Source: Moniliella sp. 'wahieum' | Lineage: Eukaryota | Assembly (NCBI GenBank): GCA_003971905.1 | Contig: RSEE01000049.1 | Span: 310,001 to 374,000, forward strand | Length of the DNA: 64,000 bases | Reading direction: 5' to 3' | In this document: one piece after another, positions 12,004 to 24,430 of the stretch | Numbering within the stretch: the stretch's first letter is position 1 | Layout: every line of letters begins with the position of its first letter | Made by a program: the position numbers and the translations under genes | Notes under the pieces: model-generated | Told to the model about the DNA's origin: nothing | What the model saw: the letters and a program-made list of their open reading frames with translations, nothing else | Database searches by the model: none

Positions 12004-15000
12004 GGTGGGGGCTAGGGAGAAGGGCGGGCTCCACGCGGGGCGTGGGGTCCCAGACGGTGGCAGCGGGGGGGCGGCAGTGGAGGGAGGCTGCCGGGGGGGG
12101 AAGGCGCCACGGAGGATGGAGCTGGCGGGGCCCAAGAACGGCGGTGGCGGTGGATGGGATGGGAGGGGGAGGGATGGATGCCGACGGGTGAGAACAGCCG
12201 AGTACGTTTTGGACGCAGCGTCAGCGCCGCTGAGCTCAGCCAGGCGTCTGCCGGGCGGGACAAGCCGGGTGCGTTCCGCCCACACTGGCGCTGTGCTGCG
12301 GGCGGCGCCGTCCTTCCTTCTTTCTCTGCGGGCGTCGAGAAGACTTGCAACCCTACTGCTGCGCGTGGCGGCCGAGCGCAGCTCTGGCAGGCCGAGTGGC
12401 ACGTGTCTTGAAGCGGCCACCCGCCCCAGTCTTCCTTTTTTCTCGGCCGGGCCCGGCAAGAAGACCAAGTATTGGAGGAAGTACCTCTCGTATGCGCAGT
12501 CGGCCTACTAAGCACGGGGAGGGTAGCTGACTACATGACTCCCAAGAACGAAAAACAACGTCCAACGAACAAAGCATGCGCACTGACGTGTCTTGCGACC
12601 ATCGGAGGCGAGCCAGTTGTGGGTCCGTCGTAGAGAGGGATCTCCACGCGTGGATCCCTCAGGCCGAGGCCTGACGCTTAATTGCCGGCCCTCACTCAAA
12701 TCCTCAGACCGCATGAGGTTGAAGTCATATCGTATTTACCGCGGCGATATGAGATCGCGATAGCGTTCTCTATAGTTGAGGACGTGTTTGCAGCTGTCAT
12801 GGAAGAGCTTTAGGGTCCGACACAGAGGGACACTGCAACTGTGGCAGCTCGACAGCTCGTCACCATCATAAGCGCAGGAATGGTCTGCAGTGGGCGTAAT
12901 GCTCTCGTCGTATGGCGTGTCGGACAGAGTAGAAGCAAACGTCGTGCTTGGACGCCGACGAGAAGGAGCCCACACAGCATCAACTCAGGCACAGAGAAAG
13001 AGATGGTTCTGGCGAACTGTGAAGATGCCATACCAGGAGACAGGGTGTCCTGTCGCATACGTCGTCTCTCACTTTCTCGGCCTTGACATCGGCGGGGTTA
13101 GCGATACGTTAAACCCATCAGCAACCTTGCCTCGAGGCCCGATGACTTCGTTATGCGCCGCAATGGCGGCCGGACCGAATGGTTGGACAAGGGCTTTAAT
13201 TCACGACAGACGAGTGCCAAGAACCGAGGAACACCAACTATTTCATCAACACAGAAAGAAGCGTGCGGTCGAAGAGAGCGTGGCGATAATGACGGGGTCG
13301 GGCACAGCTTCTGTCTAATGCTTGTTAATAAGCCTGCGGCTCGTATGAATGTGGCCTTGAAAAGCAACTGGTGCGTACGGGTGGATGCTGACGACGCGCG
13401 ACTCCTAAATATGCATCCACGCGATGAACGGGGAAGGGTTGGGATTGTCTGAGATTTGTTGATGGCAGGCATCTGCAGCGGCGGCGTCATCATTGGAGAA
13501 CTGGATATCATGGCGTGGAACAAGCCTGGGGGATGGCGGAGAGATTGATGAGCAGTGTGACATCATCAAGTCACCAACATCCCCAGACGTTTGAGCCGGA
13601 GTATTAGAGGTGCGGGGAACACACCAGGTTCTGGCATCTTTTGGCCGGGGCGAGTATAGTAGGATGAAAATATTGAATGCCGACCGAAAACTGGGATTGA
13701 GATGACGGCGACGAACGAATGCGAGCTGTAATACGGGCGTAGTATGGTGGCGAGAGATGCAGGCCCGTATAGACAGAGTCGGGATGGCGGCGCAGCGCAC
13801 AGATGCGCTGAGGTTGGTTGGATAGGAGGGGGGTGATGGCGGGGTGCCTGGAATTGCGGACCCCCCCCCCCCCCCCGGGGGCTTGACGGTCTTACTTGTT
13901 GGGGCGGTGGAGAAATATATAGGCCGGTTGTACGAACCAAGGGTGTTGAGTCACCGCGGGTGGCTCGTGTGTTTTGACCAACGCCACTTCAGTCCCTCAC
14001 CTATAATAGGCCGCCTGAGTTTCGTTGTTTTCTCGCTTCTGTTTTTGTTCTACAGCCTAGATCCTGGGGCAACTGCCTGCTTGATGTTTCTCTGTAGGCG
14101 TTGCTGGTTGGCTTACGACCACCACCACCAGTGCGATTGCTTCACTCTCGAGGACCATCAGGCCTTAAGACTCTCCAAATCTCACGAAGGCGGGGTGGGG
14201 CATACATATAGACGTATCACTGGTGGGCATCTGTGTGACCCGACGCAGTCAAGCTTCAAGCGCTAGTTTCAAGCTTCACTTGAGATGGTGACTAGGAAGA
14301 AAATCATGACTTGAACAGGACGGTAAATGAACACCTGCTATGCATCTCTAAGTGAATATAATACGGACAAGAGAGAGTATACTAAGATAGTGAGTACACG
14401 TTCTGAGAGTACTGTGGTACTGAATGGAGCACACGGAGTAGGGAGTCCTAGTGAGACTAGGGAGGGAGTACAGAGAACTGATGCAGCCACCCGAAGAGGC
14501 CACAGAGGGCCGGAGAACAGAAACGATGCGGGGGGCTGGGGAAGGCGCTGCCACACGGGAGAGAAAACAGCGACGTGCCGGTCATCGGTGGCGTGATTGA
14601 ATCGTGTGGAGGCGAAGCGGTGGCGTCATTGCGGGGTGTGGAAATACTGTGGGGCAAAATTCAAACAGGACAGGCAGAGTGTGTAGCAGTGCGAGGAACA
14701 TCGGGCATGCGGGCAGACGCCTGCTTTCGCTTGTGACTAGCCTGTTCGCTCTTGCTTTCGCATTTGCTTTCTGGGGCCATCGATGATCATGCATTGTTGA
14801 TCGAGTTAATCGAATCGGACGTTTACGACGGGAAAGCATCGACTGTCGCTTGGCGATTGTCCCCGTCTCCACCAGCAGGAGCATGGACTGGTGGCATGGA
14901 CCTAAGGCACGCCATCGATCATCGGCCATCCATGCACGGACCTCTTCCGCAGCAGCCTGAGGCTTCCCTGAAGCACCTTATACTATCTCGGTATTAGTTT

Positions 15001-15499
15001 GTAAGTAGTCGCGGTACGATACTAAAAGTCTGTATAGTCGCGGCGGTCGGCAGTCGGTACTCGGTAGGAGCTGGTGGTCGCTACGTACTACGCGGTGACG
15101 GTCACCGGTGGTAGTCTTGGGCTCTGTCCTCCAGGCAGCCCTGGGTAGCCTCAGACCTCAGGGTCTTAGACCTCATCGATCATCGGCCTCATCCGTTATC
15201 CATTATCGACCTCGGGCTGAGATCCCATCGATCAATACAATGCAGGCATCGTCTGGGACCTGTGTGAGCCAGCCCAACACCCATCTCGTGCTTCTCCGGG
15301 GCAGCGGTGGCGGTGGAGCAGTTCGAAGTGATTTGTCTGGCAGAAGCCAAGCCATGCAGGGTGGCAAGGATAAAAGATCTAAATGTATGCCCGCACAGTT
15401 TGCACGAAACCGTTCCCGTCTCGCCTCTGCATCTGCTTTTGCCTTTTTCTGCTTCCTCCTCTCCATCCTGCAGAGTCGGAAAAGCCACCCATTCGCAGC

Positions 15500-17290
15500 A
15501 TGCCCACCTTCCCCTGGTCGCGCGCCTCCTCCGCGTCCCCGGACGCGCCCATCCCAGCGTCGCCCCACACGGACGAAAAGTTGCGCCCCACATCGGCCGA
15601 CGTTGCGTCCCTCTCGGGTACGGGAGAACCCATCGAGCCCAACCGGGCCTTATCCCGCCTCAAGCCCGACGGTACCTACCGCGTCACCTTCTACCGCTCC
15701 GTGTTTTGGAACATTACAGTGCTTGGTATCTGCTCCTTCTTGGCCCCGGTCTCTGGGGCGGGCTTTCTCTCCTTGGTGCTGGAGGTGGGATGGACATTAG
15801 CACGGTCAATGCGTCCAACTCGATCACGTACGTACTTTTACTCCCCCCTCGCCCCCCTCGTGGCGAACAGAGCCTGCGAAGAAAGGTGAGGCCTGACAAA
15901 CCCCTCTGTTTTGGATGGGTGTAGGTTTTGTTTGATGGTAGTCACCTGTTTCCTCCAGCCTGCTCTGGTCAAGATTACCAACATCAAGTTTGCCCTGATT
16001 TTTGGTACGTGCGGATACGCGCCTTATGCCGCTGGGCTCTACGTTCTTTCCAAGGACAACAAGAGCTGGCTCGTGATCCTGGGTGCCACCCTTTGCGGTA
16101 TCACAGCCGGTACGTTTTGGGCGACAGAGGGGGCGTTGGTGATGGGCTACCCGGAGCGCAAGAAGCAGGTCGGTACCTTTCGTATTGGTTATGCTACCGG
16201 GTAGCGGCCAGGTGCTTTCGGGGCTCATCTCACTAGGTTTGAACCACAATTCGCAAGCGGCCTCGGGTGGTGCCATCTCGTTCACCACATACAAGGTCTT
16301 TATTGCGCTGCAAGCAGCTGGGCCCTTGGCGGGATGCCTGCCTCGATGCCAAAGAATGTGCAACGCATAGATGGGACGCCAGTTGAGCTCGCTACCACTC
16401 CACCCCTGGGTGGAAATTCGGTTGATGGCCAAAACGCTAGTACAACCCAAAGTCTTGCTCCTCTTGCCCATGATTTGGACCTCGACGTTTTTCCGAGTCG
16501 CTCTGTGGCACCTTCAATGCCACGTACTTTACGGTGCGCAGCCGTGCCCTCGCCTCGCTCATGGGGGCGGTGGTGTCGATGATTTCAAACTTGCTGCTGG
16601 GCGTGCTATTGGACTACCGACCATGGACTATCAACCGCCGTGCCAAGGTAGGCTTTGGGTTGGTGTATGGATGCGCGATGGGGTACTGGATTTACGCAAT
16701 TGTTGTCATGAACCAGTTCCACAAGCACCATGCCCCTCACTACGATTGGGTCGATGGTAGCTCCACTTGGGGCAAAGGATTTGGCGTCTACCTTATGCTA
16801 GAGATCCTCTTCTCGACCATGTATGAGAGTACGTTCTGCACCCCCCCTCCTCCCTCGCCGCTCCTCCTTCCTTTTTATTCCTGAAGCAAATGGTGCTAAC
16901 AGATTCTTGCATTTGGCAACAGTGAATTACTGGATTGCTTCGGGCTTGTCGGACAACCCAGCGGATCTGATCCGGCTCACTGCCATCATCCGTGGTGTCG
17001 AATCGGCGGGCCAGGCCGTGTCGTATGGGCTCAACTCGACTGGGTTCCGTCTTGACGGCGTGGCAGGGCTCAACATGGCCCTGTTGGCAGCAAGCATGCC
17101 GCTTTGTTATGGGGTGGTGCACAAGCTCGGCGTCAAGCCGTCGGGAGAAAAGATCCACGAGTTTGCCATGTACGCCTCGGACGACCAGAGAGCCAAGCTT
17201 CTTTCGGAACGGGTGCCGCAAGCTGCTGCCGACGAGAAGGGTGACCAACTTTCCAAAGACCAGGCATTTGCGGAGGAGCCCCACTTGTAG
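15500..17290 (+). CDS. UNC-93-like MFS membrane transporter
   Basis: FYRSVFWNITVLGICSFLAP..LGAGG, GTCGYAPYAAGLY, GITAGTFWATEGALVMGYPE, IIRGVESAGQAVSYGLNS. Multiple TM segments. Introns at about 15828-15924 and 16828-16922. Confidence 0.88.
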
Positions 17291-17893
17291 GGGTCTCTCG
17301 ACTGCGCGAGCAAGTGGGCGTTAGCCTTGGTTCTGTTGCTGTATGATACTATGTATACCCCTCCCCTTTCCTCTCTTTTGGTCCAACAACGAGAGGGTCG
17401 AGCCTGTGGCTGCTGTGCAATATATTCTTGTTAAACGTATTTTCCTTGAAATGTGGTTTCAGGGCTCGGGCCCCTCGCGTTCATTTTTGTCGTCCCTGGT
17501 GTCTTGCAGCTTTGCGACCATCATGAAGAACAAGCTTTTGCCCGGGATTCAAACGCAATATATATTGAGGGTGCAACCAGTTGGTGACACTGCACATAAC
17601 CTCTTCCTGGATGCAGTACGCACAAGATGGGCTGGCTACGCAGAGGCAATTGCCTTGGGTACCTTACGCGACCGGTTATAGCTTCCATCTAAAGGCACGC
17701 GCCGTGCGCAGCTGAGGCGTGGATGCATTGAATCGGCATGCACCTGAGGTAGGGTTAACCCAGCCCTTGAAACGTTCAGTGTGCAATTTCAAGCCGAGAG
17801 AGCTCCAACGCGCAGCGTCCCTCCGCCGTGGGATCGAGCAGCGCCGAGCGGCGCAAACACGGCTGGCGGCGGCCACCATCTGCCTCTCCACCC

Positions 17894-20676
17894 ATGGCAT
17901 CTCGCCCCCGCGCCCCCCGCACACCCCCGCCGCCCCCCGCGCCTGGGCCCGCCGGGACGCATCCACCGGCGCACGGCCATATGGTCCCTCCCAGGGACGC
18001 CCCCAAGGGCCTCCGGCACGCTCCCAAGGGCCCCGGCACGCCCCAAGGCCCCAGGCACGCCCCCAAGGGCCTCCGGCACGCTCCCAAGGCCCCAGGCACG
18101 CTCCCAAGGGCCCCAGGCACGCCCAAGGACCCCAAGGTCACCAAGGTCACCAAGGACGTCCCCATGTACATCGAAGCGGAAACCCAGGTGGACTCCGAAC
18201 CGGACACCCGGCCGCGCGTCCTGCCGCGCCTCCCCGCCGCCCCCCAACACGCCTGCCTGGCTCTGGGCACTCGTGGCTCCTTTCCATGATCTTCCCTCCC
18301 ACCTGCCTCCGTTCCTCTCCTCGCCACCCTCCTCGCCCCCTCCGCTGCCGCCCCCCCAATTCCTCTACCAGCCGCGGCAGCCTCAACAGTCATGCGTTTC
18401 GCTGGCTCCCACACCACAGCCACGCTCTTCGCCACTTGATCCGCACCCTTTCCGCCCAGTCTTCCCGTCCCGTCTATCCCTCCCCACAAGCTGAGGAGGC
18501 CAAAGAGATCAACTCGATTGCCGGCCGAAAGTTGGTCGTTTTCCAACTGGTTCGGCTGCTTGGGCTCGCCTCGCTGGCTGCTCACTTTGGCCAAGCAACC
18601 GACCGCATCTCTCCCGAGATGCGCAATGGGGTTCTCAACATCCTGTACGACTTTTGTGAAAGCTCTTCGCGCTCAATCCGTTTCCTCGGCTACCGCGCCC
18701 TCGTCGAGATTGCGTTTTCTGACCCCCTCGTGGTGCGGCGAAATGTGGATGTGTTGATCCAGCTGCTAGTGGTGCCGCACGAGGACGAGAAGCGGACGAT
18801 CAAAGCAGGATTGCACACCTTTCTTTCTTTCCAACCAGAGACGACACTGGGAATGCTGCTGGATCCCGAATCCCTTCAATCACCCAATATCCGCAACCCA
18901 ATCCTTTCCTTTCTCGTGGAAGCAGCCCAGCCGTTTCCAGATACGAAATTGTTGGACGGCATGCCCTCCACGGGGAGGGACGACTTCCCTACGCGCCTGT
19001 CCGTTGACTCTGAACTTCAGGCGCTCCTCGCCACTCGTCTTGCTGAGAACCTCGTCCCTCCCCCTCAAAAGGAGGAAGGGGGGGAAACGCTGGTGGAGTC
19101 ATTTTTTGCCACCCTTCCTGAGCAAAGGAAGGAGCTGGAGTCCATCTCCCACCTACTTTTCGGCCTTGGTGGAGACAGTGGGCTTACACTCCTCTGGAAC
19201 GAACAAGCTAACCCGTCTCGTGCTCGTGCGGCCAAAGATGCACTACTAGACTCGTTGTGCTTGCGGGGGCACAAAAACTAGCGGTAATGATGCATTGTTT
19301 GCGCCTCGTCCCGGACGACATGCGGGTCGGACCCGATTCGGGGAGGCAGAAGCAGTGTTGGAGGTGTGGAAGGACACACTTCCTCGTCCTGTCGACACTG
19401 AAAGCCGCACCCAAGTGGATTCGATGGACACGGATCTGCCCGACCGCCAAGGCGAGCAGATGGAGCGTGCCATCAAAAGGGTGCTCAAATATCTTCTCCA
19501 GGACGAACCTTTGCTCCGCTCCCGTTCGGCCCCCGAGGGGGGCAAAAAAGTGGCCAATGATCAAGTTCTATACGAGAGCTTTCGCATTGGATGTCTGGGG
19601 ACGAGGGAGAGGCAACATTGGGGCTCGTGTCAGCGGGCGTCAAGGTATGCTTGATGAGGCTGGCGGCGCTTGCGGCGTTGTCCCGTCGGAAGACTGCCAT
19701 TCGTCACACGACCATCGGGGCCTATGATTCCAACCTAGCCGAAGTGCTGTTCGAGGGACTGGCGAGCATCGCGATCCCTCTTGAGGAGTGGGGTCCCGGG
19801 CATACCTTTGCGCTCGAAGGAGCCGAAGCCGCTTTCTGGGGACTTGCCATGGCTTTGCCTTTAGTACGTTCCCTTCCTTTGCTCCTTGCCTGGGTACAAA
19901 GCTAATGTTGCGCATTGGATAGCGCCCTCAACGGTCGTTACCCAAGCAGTGGGTGACGGACAGCGCCGGGGCACAAGAGATCTGTCAACGATGGGCTGAA
20001 GTGGCTGTGCGGGGATCGGAGGTTACCCGTCAAGTGGCCAAATGGGGGGAAGTGAGAAGGCGTACCTTTCCATTCTGCTTCGGACGATTGAAGGGGTCAG
20101 TGCGCAGCTACTCCTTCCTGCGAATGAGCGCGTGGCACTCGATTTGCCCCCGGTTTGGATTGATGTATCGGCGCCCCTCTCCATTCCAAGTGCGCAGCTC
20201 CTCAATGATGCTGGACAGGCAAAACGCCGACGTTCCCCGCTCCTAGTGACGTCGCCGCCCCTAGTGACGCCCTCTGCTCCCGCAACGGTAGGGGGAGGCC
20301 TATGAGCATCCGTGGTGTGGCAGGGGGCACCAAGCGGGGACGCTCCGAGGAAAATGTCTGCCTTGTGAATGGGACCTTAACCCCCGTTGTATCCATCAAA
20401 GGCAGTGCTGGTCCCGCACCCCTCGTTCCCGTCGACCAGCCCCTGGACCAGCCCAGGCCTCTGGACCAAGGCACACCCTTCAACCAGGCCCCGCCCATCG
20501 CCGTTCGTCTGTCCCATTTCGCGCCCACGGTATCGTCGCATGCAGAGGCCGGATTCAGTTTCCCCCCTGCTTCGACTAGTGGTAGTTTGTTGGACCGCGT
20601 CGAGCCACGGAACCAGAATCTGATGCGGAGGATGGCCACGCACCCGCGTCTGCACAAGAAGCAACGAAACTACTAA
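17894..20676 (+). CDS. API5 (apoptosis inhibitor 5)-like HEAT/ARM protein with putative Pro/basic N-terminal repeat extension
   Basis: NGVLNILYDFCESSSRSIRFLGYRAL..VVRRNVDVLIQLL..EDEKRTIKAGL..PETTLGML parallels the API5 N-terminal motif (AINAQLDLCEDED..IR..ADILTQLL..D..E). The start is uncertain (17894 or ~18392). Frameshifted. Basic C-terminus ends at TAA 20676. Confidence 0.65.
17995..18155 (+). repeat. Imperfect ~21-bp tandem repeat (CCCAAGGGCCCCAGGCACGC[T/C])
   Basis: About 6-7 visible units, translating as RHAPKG(P/L) in the frame of ATG 17894. Confidence 0.8.
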
Positions 20677-20879
20677 CTGGTTTGGTTCGTAAATGGCCCC
20701 ATTCGCATGCCATCAATCATCGTCAACGTTCAACATTCCACCGTGAACGAGGTGCCAGAGACAACATGATAGATATGCGTAAACAGCTGGACAGCGAGGG
20801 TGGATAAAGGCGAGAGGGACGTCACCATATCCAAACAGGGGGGAAAGACGAAGAAGAAGAGAAGAACAAGAAGGCATGC

Positions 20880-23424
20880 TTACAGCCTAGCTACTTTTTC
20901 CTGTAGGATGGATGGGAAGGAGTCGGCGAGGTGGGCGAGGACGTGCATGTCCTCCGTGTCAAGCAAGAGATGGTCAACTTGGCCGCGCCATGCAGACCCG
21001 CCATCTTGATCAACTGGAAGAGTCGAGCGCCAAGCAACTGTTTCGCTTCGTTCAGGGCAAGAGGAGGAGCGAAGCAATGTACGTCTCGGTCGCAGCCCAA
21101 GCCTCGGGAGATGCAGGCTGGTACACAGGGGCAAACACTCCGGACTGTAGCTTTCTCAGCAGCTCTTGCGAGGGCAGAGAGAGCAGCATGTCCAGCGGCT
21201 CCATCGACGGCTCGGACGAGGAACCGAACACTTCATCCTCGTCTTCGTCGGTAAGGGAAAGAATGTCGCGTGCCTCTTGTACTTTTTGCGCGAGCACATC
21301 TCGATTGAACAGACACAGCGCCTTCTCCTTCTTGGGCAAGCTCACCAGCAGATCCGTCACGTCCCGCACCATTGTTTCACTGGGTAGGTTAAACGAGCGG
21401 ACAGAGACCAAGAGCCTGTCGCGCTCGCTCATCGCTGGCCCCGGGACCGGGAAGGATAAGCCCACATTCCATCAACCAGGGTTGCGTCTGGGTCGCGACC
21501 CGAGTCGGTCGAGGCCGATCCCGGGGTCAAGCTCCGAGTCTGTTGAGACGCCGAAACGCCCAACGGAATGCCCCCCGAAAGAACCCCTGCATGGGAAAGG
21601 TTCATGCCCACCGTGTTGGCATGGCGCAGGGCATGCTCGAGGAGCAGAGCCGGATTGTCCAGGGCTTCGACGGCTTCGGACAGAGGGATCTTAGCCACCA
21701 TCTCCTCGACAATCTTGCTCTTCTTCATCGGTCCAGTTCACTCTCTCGGGTTGGGCAGGCTCATCTTTCCCTCCATGTGCGGCACGGGCCAGCAACGCCT
21801 GCCGCCGCGCCTGGGCCTCTTCGAGCGTCTCTGTATGATAGACGCCTTCCTCCTCTGCTGCGATAGCATCAAACCCAGGCAACTTCTTCAGCCGTCGCGC
21901 CAACAGTCCTGCCAACACTTCGTTTCGCACCGAAGCACTGAGGGAGGCCAATTGGGGGAAAGTGTACTTTTCCCCGCGCAAGTCGGCCTCCATGGCGTCA
22001 CGAAAGTACGAGTTGGACTTTTTGCGTTGGAGGGTAGGGTTGCGTTTGAGGGCAGACCCGTCGCTTCGACAGCTGCATCAGTAGGCTGCGGAGAGAGGAG
22101 GAAAGGTGATCCTGTGGACACGGATCCGGACCGGGCCAGTTTCTCTTGTCGCGGTACTTTGGGTTGATGGAGTCGGACCGTGATGGGTTGACCATCGAGT
22201 CGGGTTCGATCCATGTGCCGCAACGCTTCGGCGCTTCGTCAGCATGTTTGTAGCTAACAAACCCAAACTGACGACTGTTCCCATCATCGTCGCGCATCAC
22301 CCGAGCCGAGACCACATCGCCAAAAGGCACAAAGGCACGGTAGAGTATGCTGCTGTTGACCGTGGGGGAGAGGTGCTTGATGAACAAATTGCACGGGTCG
22401 ATCAACTTGGTTCGAGACGGTGTATGAGGGGCGTCGCGGGCAACGAAGCGTAGCCCCTTCCAAACTCATACATGAGGGGAGAAAGGGGGCTAGTGACAAG
22501 TCCCGACGGAGAAGGCGAGGGGGGGGAAGCAAACACGCTTGCCTGCGCTCCCGCGGAAGGGGGAATGGTCAACTTGGGCACAAAGACCGGAGCGGTGGCG
22601 CGAATATGGTGTGGGTTCGATTGGCCGTGTCGATGTGGCGCTGAATGGTGTTGCCTCCTACATTGGAGCAGTGAAGAGCTCGTTCGGCGACCTTGGCATC
22701 CTCTTCGAGGTAAAACTCGACGGTGGCCGCTCCGCTGAACCGATGCAATTGCCCCGACGGGCCATTGGCCGGATCAACCCCACCTTGTACACTGGTCCAA
22801 AGGGCGTACGAGACGAAATAGATCCGCTTCTGTGGTTTGAGGGGGCAACTGGTTGATCAAGCGTGGCTTGCTGTTGGAAATAGGCTCGGGTGTGCCTCCC
22901 CCGGGGCATAGATGGAGAGCACGGGCGAATCAATGGTTGCGTACGCCAGCTCGGCTAATGGATGTCATCATCAAGTCAGTTATAGGCACCCTTATTAAAA
23001 CGGAGAGCATAAAGAAAAACGACGACGCACCGTTGGAAAGACAAGAAAACTGGACCGTGCCAGTAGCCATATTGGGATTGACCAAGTCGTCCAGCACAAA
23101 CTTGACAGGGAGGCAGTGGTTAAACACCTCTCGCGCCAGCAGGCTCTTGGTCACGTTGATGCCCAAATGAGACATGTACAGCGCGGCTCAGTCAGGTGGG
23201 GGTTGGGCGGCCAGGACTCGTCAGGAGCAGCGAAGAGGCAGCCGCTTCGGATGCGGAGACAGCCTTGACACTGCTGGCCCTGCCAGGGGAGGGGGAGGAG
23301 CTGCTATTGGTGGGGAGCCAGTCAGCCATTGTGGAAGCAGCTGGTCGCTTTGAGGGGAGGAATGCTGGCCCGCGGCAGCGGAGGCGTACGAGGAGGGCGC
23401 ATGGCGGGAGGCCGTAGACGCCAT
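20880..23424 (-). CDS. rrm4: Rrm4-type endosomal mRNA transport protein (3 RRM + 3 MLLE/PABC domains)
   Basis: RRM1 LYMSHLGINVTKSLL..GTVQF; RRM2 PRLIKQLP..RPFGPVYKV; RRM3 NLFIKHLSPTVNSSILYRAFVPFGDVVSARVMRDDDGNSRQFGFVSY. MLLE-like segments RNEVLAGLL..LSEAVEALDNPALL, VTDLLVSLPKKEKALCLFNRDVLAQKV and C-terminal KQLLGARLFQLIK..GAAKLTI.LLDTEDMHVLAHLADSFPSILQEKV, matching the Ustilago Rrm4 architecture as I recall it. Confidence 0.9.
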
Positions 23425-24430
23425 GACTGCAATTGCGAGCAGGTGGTGGAGGTGGTGGGACAGGAGAGAGCTATTAAGAGGGGTGAAAGGGGCCACACCA
23501 GGATCTGTGGCCAAAAAATTCAGCGCTGAAGGGAGCTAGGAGAGGATCGCCTTGGCCAGGAGCTTAACACCCCACACCCGCCCGCTCTGCGCCACCGGAG
23601 TGGATGATCATCGATGGTTGCGAGGGTGACCGTGAACGTGGTGAACCCCTCTCTCACACCATTATATTCCCTGCCGCTCTCTTTGGGGAATTAACCCCTC
23701 TGCGATGGATATAGGATACTTATATAGCTGTAGTCTGTATGAACGCATCTGCGTCAATTACCTCACCGCATCTCGCTAGCCCCTGCCTCTTTGCTATATG
23801 CTCCTTGATCGTGAGCTTATCTTGTTGGCGTTGGTCCCCACATTTTGCCGGGGTATAACATATGCATAACATGCATAACACTTTGCTAGCACTACCTCGT
23901 CTCGGGTAACGCCGCAGCCCAACAAAGTTGCCACTTTACACGGTGTTGAGATGGCTACGACCGCATATAGCTTTAGTATTCAGCTTAGCAATGACCCAAG
24001 TCGTCTTTATCTTCTTTGGTGTGGGGATGTTGAAGTGGCGGCATTCGAGGGGTCCATGACATATAACAAGATGCGCAATACAGTATAGATAGAAAACAGG
24101 GATCTCAAGGGGGTATGGGGCGATCAAAACGTTTCGGCGTCCCTATTTTGATGCCCCCCAATCACACTCACCGTTTTCGACGGTACACGGGGGACTAACC
24201 TTGAATCCCTCTCCTCCAGTGCCTCAGTTAGCGCGGTTCTACCGTTTATATATGGTTTTGTGCCAACCGCAGAGAGCCTTCGATATACTATTGCAGTGAG
24301 CTTCTTTCCATGCCCTATTTTCCTTGTCGGTGGCCTTTGCACGTAAAAGGCGTTCATTCATCACTCTCATTTGTTGCGTTGTGGAGACGATAACTCCCCT
24401 AGACAGAGCTTATGCGACCCTTGCACTAGG

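Noticed and set aside
12700..13700. Possible minus-strand orphan gene
   Set aside because: Only short ORFs without motifs or clear splice structure; not supportable.
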